Shown one piece after another: positions 10,675-20,900 of a stretch of DNA of 64,000 nucleotides (position 1 is the stretch's first letter; each line of letters begins with the position of its first letter). The notes beneath the pieces were generated by a model. It did not search any database. It was given only the letters and a program-made list of their open reading frames with translations, and had not been told where the DNA came from. This stretch comes from a virus. The translations under genes and the position numbers were made by a program. The stretch lies in the IMG/VR virus record IMGVR_UViG_3300042691_019786; one strand, given 5' to 3'.

Positions 10675-13365
10675 TTATCTTCTGTTTAATGGGTCGCAAC
10701 AACCTATTGTATTTTCTATTTTATCTTTTATATAATTATATATATACCCTTCTAATCCTAAATTTAAATCTGCAATACCAGCATTAGTTAATTGACAACC
10801 AAACCCTTTAATGTTTGTGTAAGGGTCAGTTATTTGTGTTGGTATGGTATAATATGAAGGGCAATGACTCCCATCTGGTGTTACTAAAGCGTACCTACCA
10901 TCACCATAAAAAGTTTTAAAAGTTAAATATTTGTTATTAGAACCAGCTGGAACTGTAGTTGGTTGTAAGATATCACCAGCAGTTATATTTCCATTATTAT
11001 CAAAAAAATATTCTCTTATAGTCCATTTACACGCTGCTGTACATCCACATTTATTACTTCCACAACAAATATTACCACTAGTAAACATATTAATAGCATC
11101 TGGTGTGTTTAACCCTTCTTGGAGTTGACTCTCAAAGAAAAACGATGTACCACCAAAAGATTTACAACATTCTTTATCTATAAAAATACTTTCATACTCA
11201 CTAGCTGTGTTATTTTTAATTGGAACCCCTTTTGCATCTTTTTCATATAATTTAAACACATAAATACCAGTTGTTTCATCTAATGTTTTGCTTATTAAAT
11301 TATCACATGGTAACTTACTTGAAATAGATTTATTAACACAAACTCTTAATATATCATCATCACCGTCACATGGACAACCACAAACACTTAATGTTTGTGT
11401 TGGCATTGGGTCTGGAATTACATCAGCTGTATAAACATAACACTTATCTAATTCATGTCCCATATCATCAACTACATCAATGTATGTTTGACCATTATAA
11501 CCATTAATAACACCTAAATTGTAATTTGTAAATAGATTACTAGAATTAATTACTTGTGCGCTAGTAGTGACTGTTACTGTTGAAAAATTAGGTATAAGCG
11601 TTCTAAATTGGTTAATATACATAGAACCACCATCATAAGGACCTACGTGAGGATTATTACCTAATAATATATCAATATCGGCCATTTGACCGCCAGTTTG
11701 TCTATACCATAAACCATAATTTTGGAAGTACATATCCTCAGTATTTGGTAATGGTTTTGGGTAACCGTCAGAATCGACTGGATATAAAGTTAAATCCGTA
11801 TCTAATCCATTAGCATCTAACGTTTCAATAAATAAATCAATATCTATCGGTCCATCAGCTACGTAAATATGTTCATTAAAAGTTATTAACCCATTAGGTA
11901 TACCTAAAAATTTTAATAAGAACTCAACAGATTTTCTAGCACCTTTTGATTTCCAAATCCATGGTGAATTTAAAATTAATCTTCTCCATAATTCAATATC
12001 AACCTCAACTGGTGTCATACCTACTGATTGACCTTTATAGCTAGATTTCTCACTTTTTGTGAAAGTTTCTAATAAATCATCACCTAAAACCGAAGTTATT
12101 AATTCCCAACCTAAAACTCTTGCCAAATCTTTTAAATATTTGTCTGGCATGTTGTTCTTTTTGTTGTATGTAACGACATGTGCAAAAGAAATACCTTTAA
12201 TATATTTGTTTATGTCGTCAAACATCCTACCATAGATATTTAACGTTTTTGTTACTTTTTGTCCAGTAGTAGTGTCTTGGTGTAATTCATCTAAATGTAC
12301 TGGTAATGTATCAAAACTAGATATTGATTCAGACACCAAAAATCTAGCCATTAAGTTAGTTTCAACAGCGTCAAATTTGTTGACCATGTCTAATATTTCA
12401 GTTACATAGTCTTCATAATCGTTGCTATTAAATTCTAAATTGTAACCATCTTTTACTGGCCATGTTAGTGTTTTAGTTCTAGTTATTAATTGACCAGTTT
12501 CTGTTTTTTCTGGATATTCAAAACTTGTTGTATATTTTGGTATTGTCGTTAAATTTAGCAAATCTTTTTTCAACCCATCTAATGTGTTAAAAAATAGATT
12601 TGTTACTGATGTTTTTGGTTTAATATGATACGTGATTGTTTGATATATAGTACCATTAGAAAAAGGGTCTCCAACAACTGTTAAATAAATATAATCATCA
12701 ACAACATCGCTAGCACCAATAAAATCAATTATGTTATATTCAACGTCATTAACAAAAACACAATATTCTAAAAAATTAATAACTAAATCTCTAAGTTGAT
12801 TTACTTCATTGAAAGTGTTAAGTAAAGTTCCAGTTTCAACATAATTAATGTCAAATTTGTTAATAAGAGCATTTGTACTTACTTTAAATGTTGATAAGTT
12901 TGTTAAAACATCATACGAATAGTCTTCATATGTATTAGTGACAATACTATTAGATGGATTAATCGCATTAACATATAATGATGCTGGCCAATTGATAATG
13001 ATATCTTCTAACGTAACTCTAAAGTATTCACTCATTGAACCAAACAATGCATGGTTTTTAAGATTTGTTGAATCTAATCTTAAAACAGTTTTTGCGTTTG
13101 CTTTAACTAATTGTTGAAATTGAGCTTCATTCGCAGTTAATTCATCAATAGTGTAAAACTTTGAAAAATTATTAGTAATATACTGTTTGTCTACTTTAGG
13201 GTCTAAATTTGTTGTCACGCTAAAGTTACCCATAGTGAATAAAACGTTACCACCATTGTTGGTTAACTGTAAACCAACTAGGTCTGGACTATATTCAGAG
13301 TATTCTATATTTCTATTGTATATTGTTTTTTTAGAATACCCAGGTACTTTAATCTTTTTAGCCAT
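10675..13365 (-). CDS. Baseplate wedge-associated protein (P2 gpI/T4 gp7-like domain) with a Cys-rich C-terminus
   Basis: 896 aa. LKDLARVLGWEL..WRRLILNSPWIWKSKGARKSVEFLLKFLG resembles the gpI-type KG..S...L motif. Confidence 0.6.
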   Translation of the reverse strand: MAKKIKVPGYSKKTIYNRNIEYSEYSPDLVGLQLTNNGGNVLFTMGNFSVTTNLDPKVDKQYITNNFSKFYTIDELTANEAQFQQLVKANAKTVLRLDSTNLKNHALFGSMSEYFRVTLEDIIINWPASLYVNAINPSNSIVTNTYEDYSYDVLTNLSTFKVSTNALINKFDINYVETGTLLNTFNEVNQLRDLVINFLEYCVFVNDVEYNIIDFIGASDVVDDYIYLTVVGDPFSNGTIYQTITYHIKPKTSVTNLFFNTLDGLKKDLLNLTTIPKYTTSFEYPEKTETGQLITRTKTLTWPVKDGYNLEFNSNDYEDYVTEILDMVNKFDAVETNLMARFLVSESISSFDTLPVHLDELHQDTTTGQKVTKTLNIYGRMFDDINKYIKGISFAHVVTYNKKNNMPDKYLKDLARVLGWELITSVLGDDLLETFTKSEKSSYKGQSVGMTPVEVDIELWRRLILNSPWIWKSKGARKSVEFLLKFLGIPNGLITFNEHIYVADGPIDIDLFIETLDANGLDTDLTLYPVDSDGYPKPLPNTEDMYFQNYGLWYRQTGGQMADIDILLGNNPHVGPYDGGSMYINQFRTLIPNFSTVTVTTSAQVINSSNLFTNYNLGVINGYNGQTYIDVVDDMGHELDKCYVYTADVIPDPMPTQTLSVCGCPCDGDDDILRVCVNKSISSKLPCDNLISKTLDETTGIYVFKLYEKDAKGVPIKNNTASEYESIFIDKECCKSFGGTSFFFESQLQEGLNTPDAINMFTSGNICCGSNKCGCTAACKWTIREYFFDNNGNITAGDILQPTTVPAGSNNKYLTFKTFYGDGRYALVTPDGSHCPSYYTIPTQITDPYTNIKGFGCQLTNAGIADLNLGLEGYIYNYIKDKIENTIGCCDPLNRR

Positions 13366-13380
13366 TTATCAATTTAATTT

Positions 13381-14304
13381 TTAAATAGTTGTAATATTTG
13401 AAAATGCTTTTGAAAAATCAATAACATTTCTTTGTTCTCTAACTTCAAACAATTGTTTACCAGAAAACTGGTCTTTAATTTCATACAAGCTGTATTGTTT
13501 ATAAATATTGTTACTAAAGTTATATATTGTATAAATACCATCTTCAATACTTTTTGTTTGATTTCCATACAATGCATATGCTAAAGTTTCAAAATCGTGT
13601 TCAACCATTTCAACTTCAAGCATTATTGGATTGAAAAATGTATTTGTAATAATAACTTGTTGATTGGGTTGTCCGATAAATGGCGTAGCGTTAGGTTTAA
13701 CGTTAGGTGCTGACGAAGGAGTCAACGTACAAAAAATTAAACTAGAATTATCATTTAAACGATATCTAATAGCCTTTTGACTAGAGTTAGTTAAGTTTTG
13801 ATTAACTGGTTCTGCTCTGTTGTTAGAAGTTATTATTCTATAAAAATTATTTATTTTAGCATCAGTTGTTGATGTAGATGAATTTAAATATTCAATTCTA
13901 TAACCAGTTAACCCATTATTCTCAAATTTATTTGCAAATTCAGTAGGTACGCTAGCAATATCAAATAAAATACCTTTAATATCTGGGTATGCCGATAAAA
14001 CACCAACGTCAACAATTTTAACTCTGATTTCAGCTGGTCTGATAACAATAGTATAAAAACCTTTTGCTGAAAAATCAGAAACTGGTAATTTTAATGTATA
14101 TACACCACCAAATATTTCAAATGTTGTTACATTTGATAATGATTTATTAGGGTTATCAACTTTTTGTAAAACATCAACTGAATTTAATTTAGTGAATGTA
14201 GGGTCATCATTTTTATCTCTAGTTGGGGTAAAATGATAAAATATTTCAACATCTTCTGGTGAAATATCCGCTGGTCTTATTGTTCCGTATGTTCCAGTAG
14301 CCAT
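13381..14304 (-). CDS. Probable structural protein
   Basis: 307 aa beta-rich ORF within the baseplate operon. Confidence 0.6.
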   Translation of the reverse strand: MATGTYGTIRPADISPEDVEIFYHFTPTRDKNDDPTFTKLNSVDVLQKVDNPNKSLSNVTTFEIFGGVYTLKLPVSDFSAKGFYTIVIRPAEIRVKIVDVGVLSAYPDIKGILFDIASVPTEFANKFENNGLTGYRIEYLNSSTSTTDAKINNFYRIITSNNRAEPVNQNLTNSSQKAIRYRLNDNSSLIFCTLTPSSAPNVKPNATPFIGQPNQQVIITNTFFNPIMLEVEMVEHDFETLAYALYGNQTKSIEDGIYTIYNFSNNIYKQYSLYEIKDQFSGKQLFEVREQRNVIDFSKAFSNITTI

Positions 14305-14305
14305 A

Positions 14306-14443
14306 TTACTTTTTTATTTGTTTTATTTTAGCAACCATCATATCAATTTCATAATTTGATAGTTTATTTATTTCTTTTAAAGGTAATAACAAATGGTATG
14401 AAAGTAACCACTTATTATTATATTCTTTTTCTTTTTCTGTCAT
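14306..14443 (-). CDS. Small hypothetical protein (45 aa)
   Basis: Not in the ORF track. MTEKEKEYNNKWLLSYHLLLPLKEINKLSNYEIDMMVAKIKQIKK fills the gap between two genes. Confidence 0.6.
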   Translation of the reverse strand: MTEKEKEYNNKWLLSYHLLLPLKEINKLSNYEIDMMVAKIKQIKK

Positions 14444-14447
14444 ATTT

Positions 14448-15329
14448 TTATTGTCTTGTTACATTAAAATAACCACCGTTATAAGTTGCAATGTCCCCTA
14501 ATGTTTTAACTTCTGCCAATCTTAAATGGTTTTCAAAAACATTATTAACACCTCTTTCTATAAATACATCGTCATATACTTCTGGGACAGAAATCATACC
14601 TAATAAATATTCTTCTTTTGTTAACCCACTTAATGAAATGTTAGTTCCGTTGAAACCTTCACCAATAAAATTAACAACTGTTAATGGTGTTACTTTTATA
14701 ACGCTATCAATAATTGTTGTTGTGGTTCTACCAGTATATTCAACATATCTTAACCCAGTTGTTTGATTATCAGTACCTAAATTACCGTCATTAATAGTGT
14801 CAAACACATAAACTTTTGGTTCTCCATATGATTTAATTCTATCAACACCTATTATTTGGTCTCCTTTATAATTTGTATATGTTTCTTTATTTACATCAAA
14901 ATTAGTTCTATATGGTAAATTTCTATTATATGATTTTAAATCTTCTAATTTACTATCTGTAGAACCAGTAACTACAGCGTTGGCATAATTATAATAATCT
15001 TTTTCAGCGTTTGTAGGATATCTTAAAACATATGATAAATTATATGGTGTGTTTAGATTAGTAAAAATAGGGTTAGGAACGTTTTTCATAAACGGAAACG
15101 TTATATTTAACTTACTTAATTTATTTGTTAAAATAGTATAATCAACTGCTGAATTAGCTTTATCATATGTTATAAAGTCAATATCTGTATATAAACCCAT
15201 ATCATCCATTGTTTGCGTCAATAAAACTTTAATATAAAATGTATCGGCCGTCATAGCACCCCAACTTTTAGATTTGTCAGCTCTATCAGTATAGTCTTCT
15301 AAATTTATCGTTCTTTTAATAATTTCCAT
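14448..15329 (-). CDS. Probable structural protein
   Basis: 293 aa, tightly coupled within the operon. Confidence 0.6.
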   Translation of the reverse strand: MEIIKRTINLEDYTDRADKSKSWGAMTADTFYIKVLLTQTMDDMGLYTDIDFITYDKANSAVDYTILTNKLSKLNITFPFMKNVPNPIFTNLNTPYNLSYVLRYPTNAEKDYYNYANAVVTGSTDSKLEDLKSYNRNLPYRTNFDVNKETYTNYKGDQIIGVDRIKSYGEPKVYVFDTINDGNLGTDNQTTGLRYVEYTGRTTTTIIDSVIKVTPLTVVNFIGEGFNGTNISLSGLTKEEYLLGMISVPEVYDDVFIERGVNNVFENHLRLAEVKTLGDIATYNGGYFNVTRQ

Positions 15330-16156
15330 TACAATGCATTTATTTGATATAAGTTAACAATGACAGTTTCATTGTTGTAAGTTACATTATTGTTAGGTAA
15401 ACTTAAACCATTTCCTTGGTATGTTGAATCTATATAATAATTAAACCCAGTTGTTGTTCTGATAATTTTATATTTTGTATATAATTCTTTAACTAATTTA
15501 TCAATATATTGTGGAGCGTTTTTAGTCATCATGTTTAAAACTTTACCAGTTTTAGCATTTTTAAAAACAGCTTTCATATATATATCTTTTGTTTGATTAA
15601 TAGCTAATTGATTTTTAAAATCATATATATAATAACCAGTTGAAATAGTGTTTTTACCTACAAATGGGTTTGTTAAAATAAATTTAACTTGTATTTGATT
15701 AGCTGGTTTAACTTTACCGTTACTATCAAAGTCAATACTGTTTAAAACACAATTAATATTTATTTTATTAACCAATCTTTGTGTTAGTGGGTTGTCTGTA
15801 TCATAAAATAATAAATCAACTGAACTATATATAAAATTATTTTTTCTATTAGCTAATTCTTCGTTAGTGAAACCTATGTCACTATAAAAAGAAGAATACG
15901 TATTAGAATTATTTAAAAAATTTAAATTATATATAACTGTATTTATTTGAGACCCACTAGTATTGACTGGTGAAAATCTAGTTTTTTCGTAATCAACAAT
16001 TGGGTTGATGGAAGCTTCAACTTGCTCTTTAACAAACACATCTTCAATTAATTCATAATTATCAGCTACTTGAAAGTCTGTTTGAAAAGGAACTGGTAAA
16101 TAAATAAAATCAGAACCTAAATTCTTGCTGTTTATTGTAAATTTTTTAACATACAT
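15329..16156 (-). CDS. Probable structural protein
   Basis: 275 aa, overlaps both neighbours. Confidence 0.6.
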   Translation of the reverse strand: MYVKKFTINSKNLGSDFIYLPVPFQTDFQVADNYELIEDVFVKEQVEASINPIVDYEKTRFSPVNTSGSQINTVIYNLNFLNNSNTYSSFYSDIGFTNEELANRKNNFIYSSVDLLFYDTDNPLTQRLVNKININCVLNSIDFDSNGKVKPANQIQVKFILTNPFVGKNTISTGYYIYDFKNQLAINQTKDIYMKAVFKNAKTGKVLNMMTKNAPQYIDKLVKELYTKYKIIRTTTGFNYYIDSTYQGNGLSLPNNNVTYNNETVIVNLYQINAL

Positions 16157-17951
16157 CTTCTGTTGGTGTAATATTATATTTATCTGTTATTCTATTACCT
16201 AAATAGTCTGATGGAAATTTTGACCAATATAATTTCCATATACCAAATGGGTCTTGTCTTTTAACTTTAAACATATAATTGTTATACAAATAATGAGCGC
16301 CATTTAAGAATGGATAATCAATAGCTGTTTCATCACTATCATTTTGACCAATATCTAACATGTCTCTCCATATAATTCTACCATCACCTAAATTTGTCGC
16401 ATAACTTGGGATATCTGTGGTAAATTCATCACCTTGTTCTACATAATTAGAAAATACTCTAATTACAGATTGATAATGAGCTCTATAATAATATCCTTCG
16501 TGTCTAGGTCCTAAATTAATTGTAACTGTTGGTTGTCCAGATGTTTTTGTAGTCCTTTCACTTATATAATTTAATGTTGATGGAGTTTCTCTATTCAACG
16601 TGTTAAATCTATAAAAAACTTCTTCTAATTTAGTTTCATTTAATGTTTTTTTGTTGTATTCAACTAAATCACCATAAAAGTCATTGTTACCTTGTATAGA
16701 ATTGTTGTTATCTATCTGTACAGTCGTTTCTAACGGCTTAAAAGATGTAAAAGGTGTGTTAACCCCATTGTGAATTTTTTGTATCACTGGGACGTTTAAA
16801 ATGTGTTGTGGAATATTGTTTAAATCATAAACTGAAAAATAAGGTAATTCTAACCCAGATGAAACTCTAGAAAATAAATTATTACTACTAGTTTTGATTA
16901 TTGTTAAGTATAGTTCGCTTAATGGTCTACCTAAATTATCTTTTAAATTTGTAACGTCAATATCTTCGTTAAAAATAAATTGTTGTAATTTATCGTTAAA
17001 TAAGTTTTGTGAAAAACTTGCGTTATAGATATCGTAGTCATCTGTTTCAATTGTGATTGTTGATTTGGTTTTTATCTTTTTAAATTTTCTAAAATAATAA
17101 ATACATTCTTCATCATCTATCATTTTTTTCATTCTAGAATTTGCTGTTAAAATACCAGTTGTAGGTATATCTAATACAAAACAATAATCTTTTAGTTGAT
17201 TTGCTGAGTCACCTAGTGAATAGATTTCGTAATCACCGTTAAACCCATTTGTACCTACTAATCTAACCGTATCGCCAATATTTAAATTATGACGACATGG
17301 GATTTTAAAAACTGTCATTTGTTTATCAGATATAGTCACAGATTCAATATCAACAATTAATAACCCTCCAGAAACCATAGAATGTTTATCATCTATAGAA
17401 CTAGGATAAGTAATTGTTAATTCCCAATTTTTAACGCTTTTTAAATTGTTGGTGTTATGGAATGGGTTATAATCTGGTAAAAAACTAAATCTATTCCTAG
17501 TTGGTTCCATGTCATAATATTTACAATTTTCAGTTACGTCAGAACTATAATAACCAAACCAACCATCTCTTTCGGTTAAAAAATTATCTATAGCTGTAGG
17601 ATATGTGTTATCGTTACTATCAGCATTATTATTATCTTTTGGATAAGATAAATCTAAAAAATCTGACATAGAGTTAAACCCAGCCAATGTGAATTTATCT
17701 GATTTTAACGAATCAGATAAATTAAATAATACATTTGATATAAAAGGGTTTATAGTACCTAAAATCCTATACGATTTACTACCTTGTCTTTCTTTATTAA
17801 ACTGGTCATCAACATCAACTATTTTGTAAATTTCATTATTTGGTATTAATCTACTAGTGTTTTGTAAATTAACTTTAACAAAATTATCAACGTTAACAGA
17901 TTCCTTTGACGTTTGACTATTTAACCTTTGTCTTATTCTATCATCACTCAT
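16146..17951 (-). CDS. Probable baseplate structural protein
   Basis: About 601 aa from the ATG at 17951 (MSDDRIRQ). HNLNIGDTVRLVG..FNGDYEI is a beta-barrel repeat typical of phage baseplate/tail proteins. Confidence 0.6.
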   Translation of the reverse strand: MSDDRIRQRLNSQTSKESVNVDNFVKVNLQNTSRLIPNNEIYKIVDVDDQFNKERQGSKSYRILGTINPFISNVLFNLSDSLKSDKFTLAGFNSMSDFLDLSYPKDNNNADSNDNTYPTAIDNFLTERDGWFGYYSSDVTENCKYYDMEPTRNRFSFLPDYNPFHNTNNLKSVKNWELTITYPSSIDDKHSMVSGGLLIVDIESVTISDKQMTVFKIPCRHNLNIGDTVRLVGTNGFNGDYEIYSLGDSANQLKDYCFVLDIPTTGILTANSRMKKMIDDEECIYYFRKFKKIKTKSTITIETDDYDIYNASFSQNLFNDKLQQFIFNEDIDVTNLKDNLGRPLSELYLTIIKTSSNNLFSRVSSGLELPYFSVYDLNNIPQHILNVPVIQKIHNGVNTPFTSFKPLETTVQIDNNNSIQGNNDFYGDLVEYNKKTLNETKLEEVFYRFNTLNRETPSTLNYISERTTKTSGQPTVTINLGPRHEGYYYRAHYQSVIRVFSNYVEQGDEFTTDIPSYATNLGDGRIIWRDMLDIGQNDSDETAIDYPFLNGAHYLYNNYMFKVKRQDPFGIWKLYWSKFPSDYLGNRITDKYNITPTEDVC

Positions 17952-17953
17952 AA

Positions 17954-20900
17954 TTAACCATTTATTACTATTGAACAACCTACACTATCAGTAACTGTAT
18001 CACTTACTGTTGAAGGTGAAGGGCATGATGCACCAGTACCAGCAGCATATGTTGTATTTAAATTATATGGTGTTGCTGTTAATGAACCAATACCACCATT
18101 AGCCGACACTTTAAATTCACAAGTTTGTATATTATTAGGTGTTGTTGTTGTTCTAGTTATTGTACCGTTTAATTCAACAGCTGGTACTGTTAAGTTAAGT
18201 TCTTTGGTAGTCTCACAACCAACTTTATCTATTAATGTTAAATTTATTTTAACATTTGTTCCAGTGAATGACGAACCTAAACTTTCAATATACGTGTAAG
18301 TTTGTTGAACATTATTTATTGTAACAGTTTTTTCTGCACCATTATTTATTTTGTATTTTAAAGTATATGGTAATCTTTGTGTGTATGGCACTAAAGATGC
18401 GTCAATATGTGATATACCAAAATTAAAAGTAACTGTTTGTCTACTACATTGTTTTGTGTTATTTCTATCTTTAATTTCCAATGCAACATTAGGTAATTCT
18501 ATTTCACTCTTATTAAGTTTTACCCATGAATTACCATCTTGAAGACATCTTAACTTAGTATCAGTAAAATATTGATTTGTCAAATAAACATTCATTTTAG
18601 AGTTACTTGCTAATTCTGATTTAGGAATTTCAAAATACGTTTGTTGGTTATTAACATACGGTATTGTTACTACTTTATCTTTACCACCAATTTCATAAAC
18701 AATATAAACATTATTGTTTATTACACCACTTGCTATATCTATAGGTATTATATATTTATTTGGGTCACATTGTTTAGCTAATAAAGCAGCTGAAGGTTTT
18801 GTAGCTTTTAATTCTGGTGTTAAATGTTTAATAATCACAGAAATTGATGATGTAGTATTTACAGCATCAGTCACTGTTATATTATATTGACCAGCAAGTA
18901 ATTCAATTAATTTAACATTAGAGCCATTAACGCTTACTTCTTGTTTGGTATAATTATTTGGTCCAGTTATATCGTATTTGTAAGGTACTTTACCACCATT
19001 AACTGTTATTATAATACCTTCTGTAACTGATGTTCTACCGCCAAAACATTGAATGTCAACGTGAGATTCAGTAATGACCAAAGGTGTTGGTCCTATAATT
19101 ATTAAGTCTTTAATCTCTACAGTAGTATTGCAAGAATCTTTAACTACTAATTTATAACCACTACCTTTACTATCTGACACTAAATTTCCAATTTCAAAAG
19201 GTATTTGTGTTACTGTAACCGAACCAGAAGTTATTGATTTACCATCGCTATTGAATAATTGATAAGTATATCCACCACAACCACCATTAACACCAGTTAT
19301 TGTTATAATACCATCACCAACTGTTGCGTTTGTAGCATTTTTAGTTACACTAGCTGACGCTGATAATTTAGGTGGACCAGCAATCGTTGTTGATTGTTTA
19401 GTTGAATTACCATTTTTATCAACAACTGTTATTGTATAAGTACCGACAGCTAAATTTGGTACTGATATATTAGTATTACTAGAATTAATTGTACCACTTT
19501 TATTATAAGCATTTGGTCCACTAATAATATAAGTATATGGTGCAGTACCGTATAGTACACTAAATGTGATTGAACCAGTTGGGTTGGTGATTGACGCACC
19601 AACAGATGCTGCTTTAATAGTTAAAGTTTCTGTTATAGTTCTTGGACAGATACCAAAATATCTTTGATTTAATTTTTCAATTGCAGTTGCACCTGGCATT
19701 AAACCAAAATAGAAAAAATATGAATGTTTAGGTTGTGTAAAAATATTTTCACCACCATAACCTCTAAATTTTGCATATTCGACACCATTATCAGTACTAC
19801 TATTAAAATTGTATGTAGGTTTACCGTATTTACCGTTTTGGTTTATTATGTTAAAATTAGTATTATGTGGTACTAAAGGGAATTTATATTTAGGTGCTGA
19901 TGGTTTTAAATAAGTCAAATCTTTATTTAAATCATAAAACACATTTCTAAAATAAATACCAGTATCATCATCCATTGTTGTGTGATTTAACCAACCATTA
20001 GGTTTTACTGTAACACCGTTTACTTCTATCGCATCATCTGTTGTTACTCCATATTCACATATATGTCTAACATTTAAACATTGTCTATAATCCATCACAA
20101 TACCTAGACAGTTAATGTCAAAAAATAAACCTAGTAATTCATCACCTTGTTCAACCATACCAGTTGATTCAACAGAAGTTTTATCATCTGGGTTTTCAAA
20201 TTCAGCTGTTAGTGGTGGTAATTTATATGTTGTTGTTTGTAATAATCTATAAATACTAGGCATACCTTGCCAGTCACATGTCTCTGTTGAACCTAGTAAT
20301 ACTATATCGGTAGCAAAAAGTTTATATTTAACATCATGCATACTTGCTGCATAATATAACACATCATCAACTTTTGTATCTTTAAAGAAAATTTCAACAT
20401 TCTTAACTACACCATCTGCTATCCCACCACTATCAAATGTTTTATCTTCTGAACCATTCCATCTTAGAAAATCGGTTGGGTCACCATTATAGCATGAATC
20501 TAATAAATAATTAGTATAACATGAATTATCTCTGTTACCATCTTTATCAGTGTCAACACCGCTATCCGCTCCACGACCTTTAAAATCTTCACAATCATAT
20601 TCACAGAATTTAGTTTTACCTTTTCTTTTTTTCTTGAATTTAACTATAAATGCATATAAAGAACCATTAACCCAATCATTATAAAAATCAAATCTAAAAA
20701 CGTTTAAAGCTTCAGCTAATTGAGATTGTAAACAATCATCTGCACCAGCAAAAACATCGTCCCATGAATTAACTCCATCACCTGGATAAAACACAGTTTT
20801 TTTACCTTGATTATCTTGTTGTAACACTTCTAACCCCTTACCGAAATAACAACCTGGGGCGTATGTGTCACCTTCTGATGATGGACATTGTATTGAAAGA

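Noticed and set aside
2833-13365. One giant gene read through by recoding across the 896, 1918, 226, 243 and 195 aa ORFs
   Set aside because: Gaps are 13, 16, 28 and 27 nt with inconsistent frames or in-frame stops, and each ORF has its own ATG with an A/T-rich leader.
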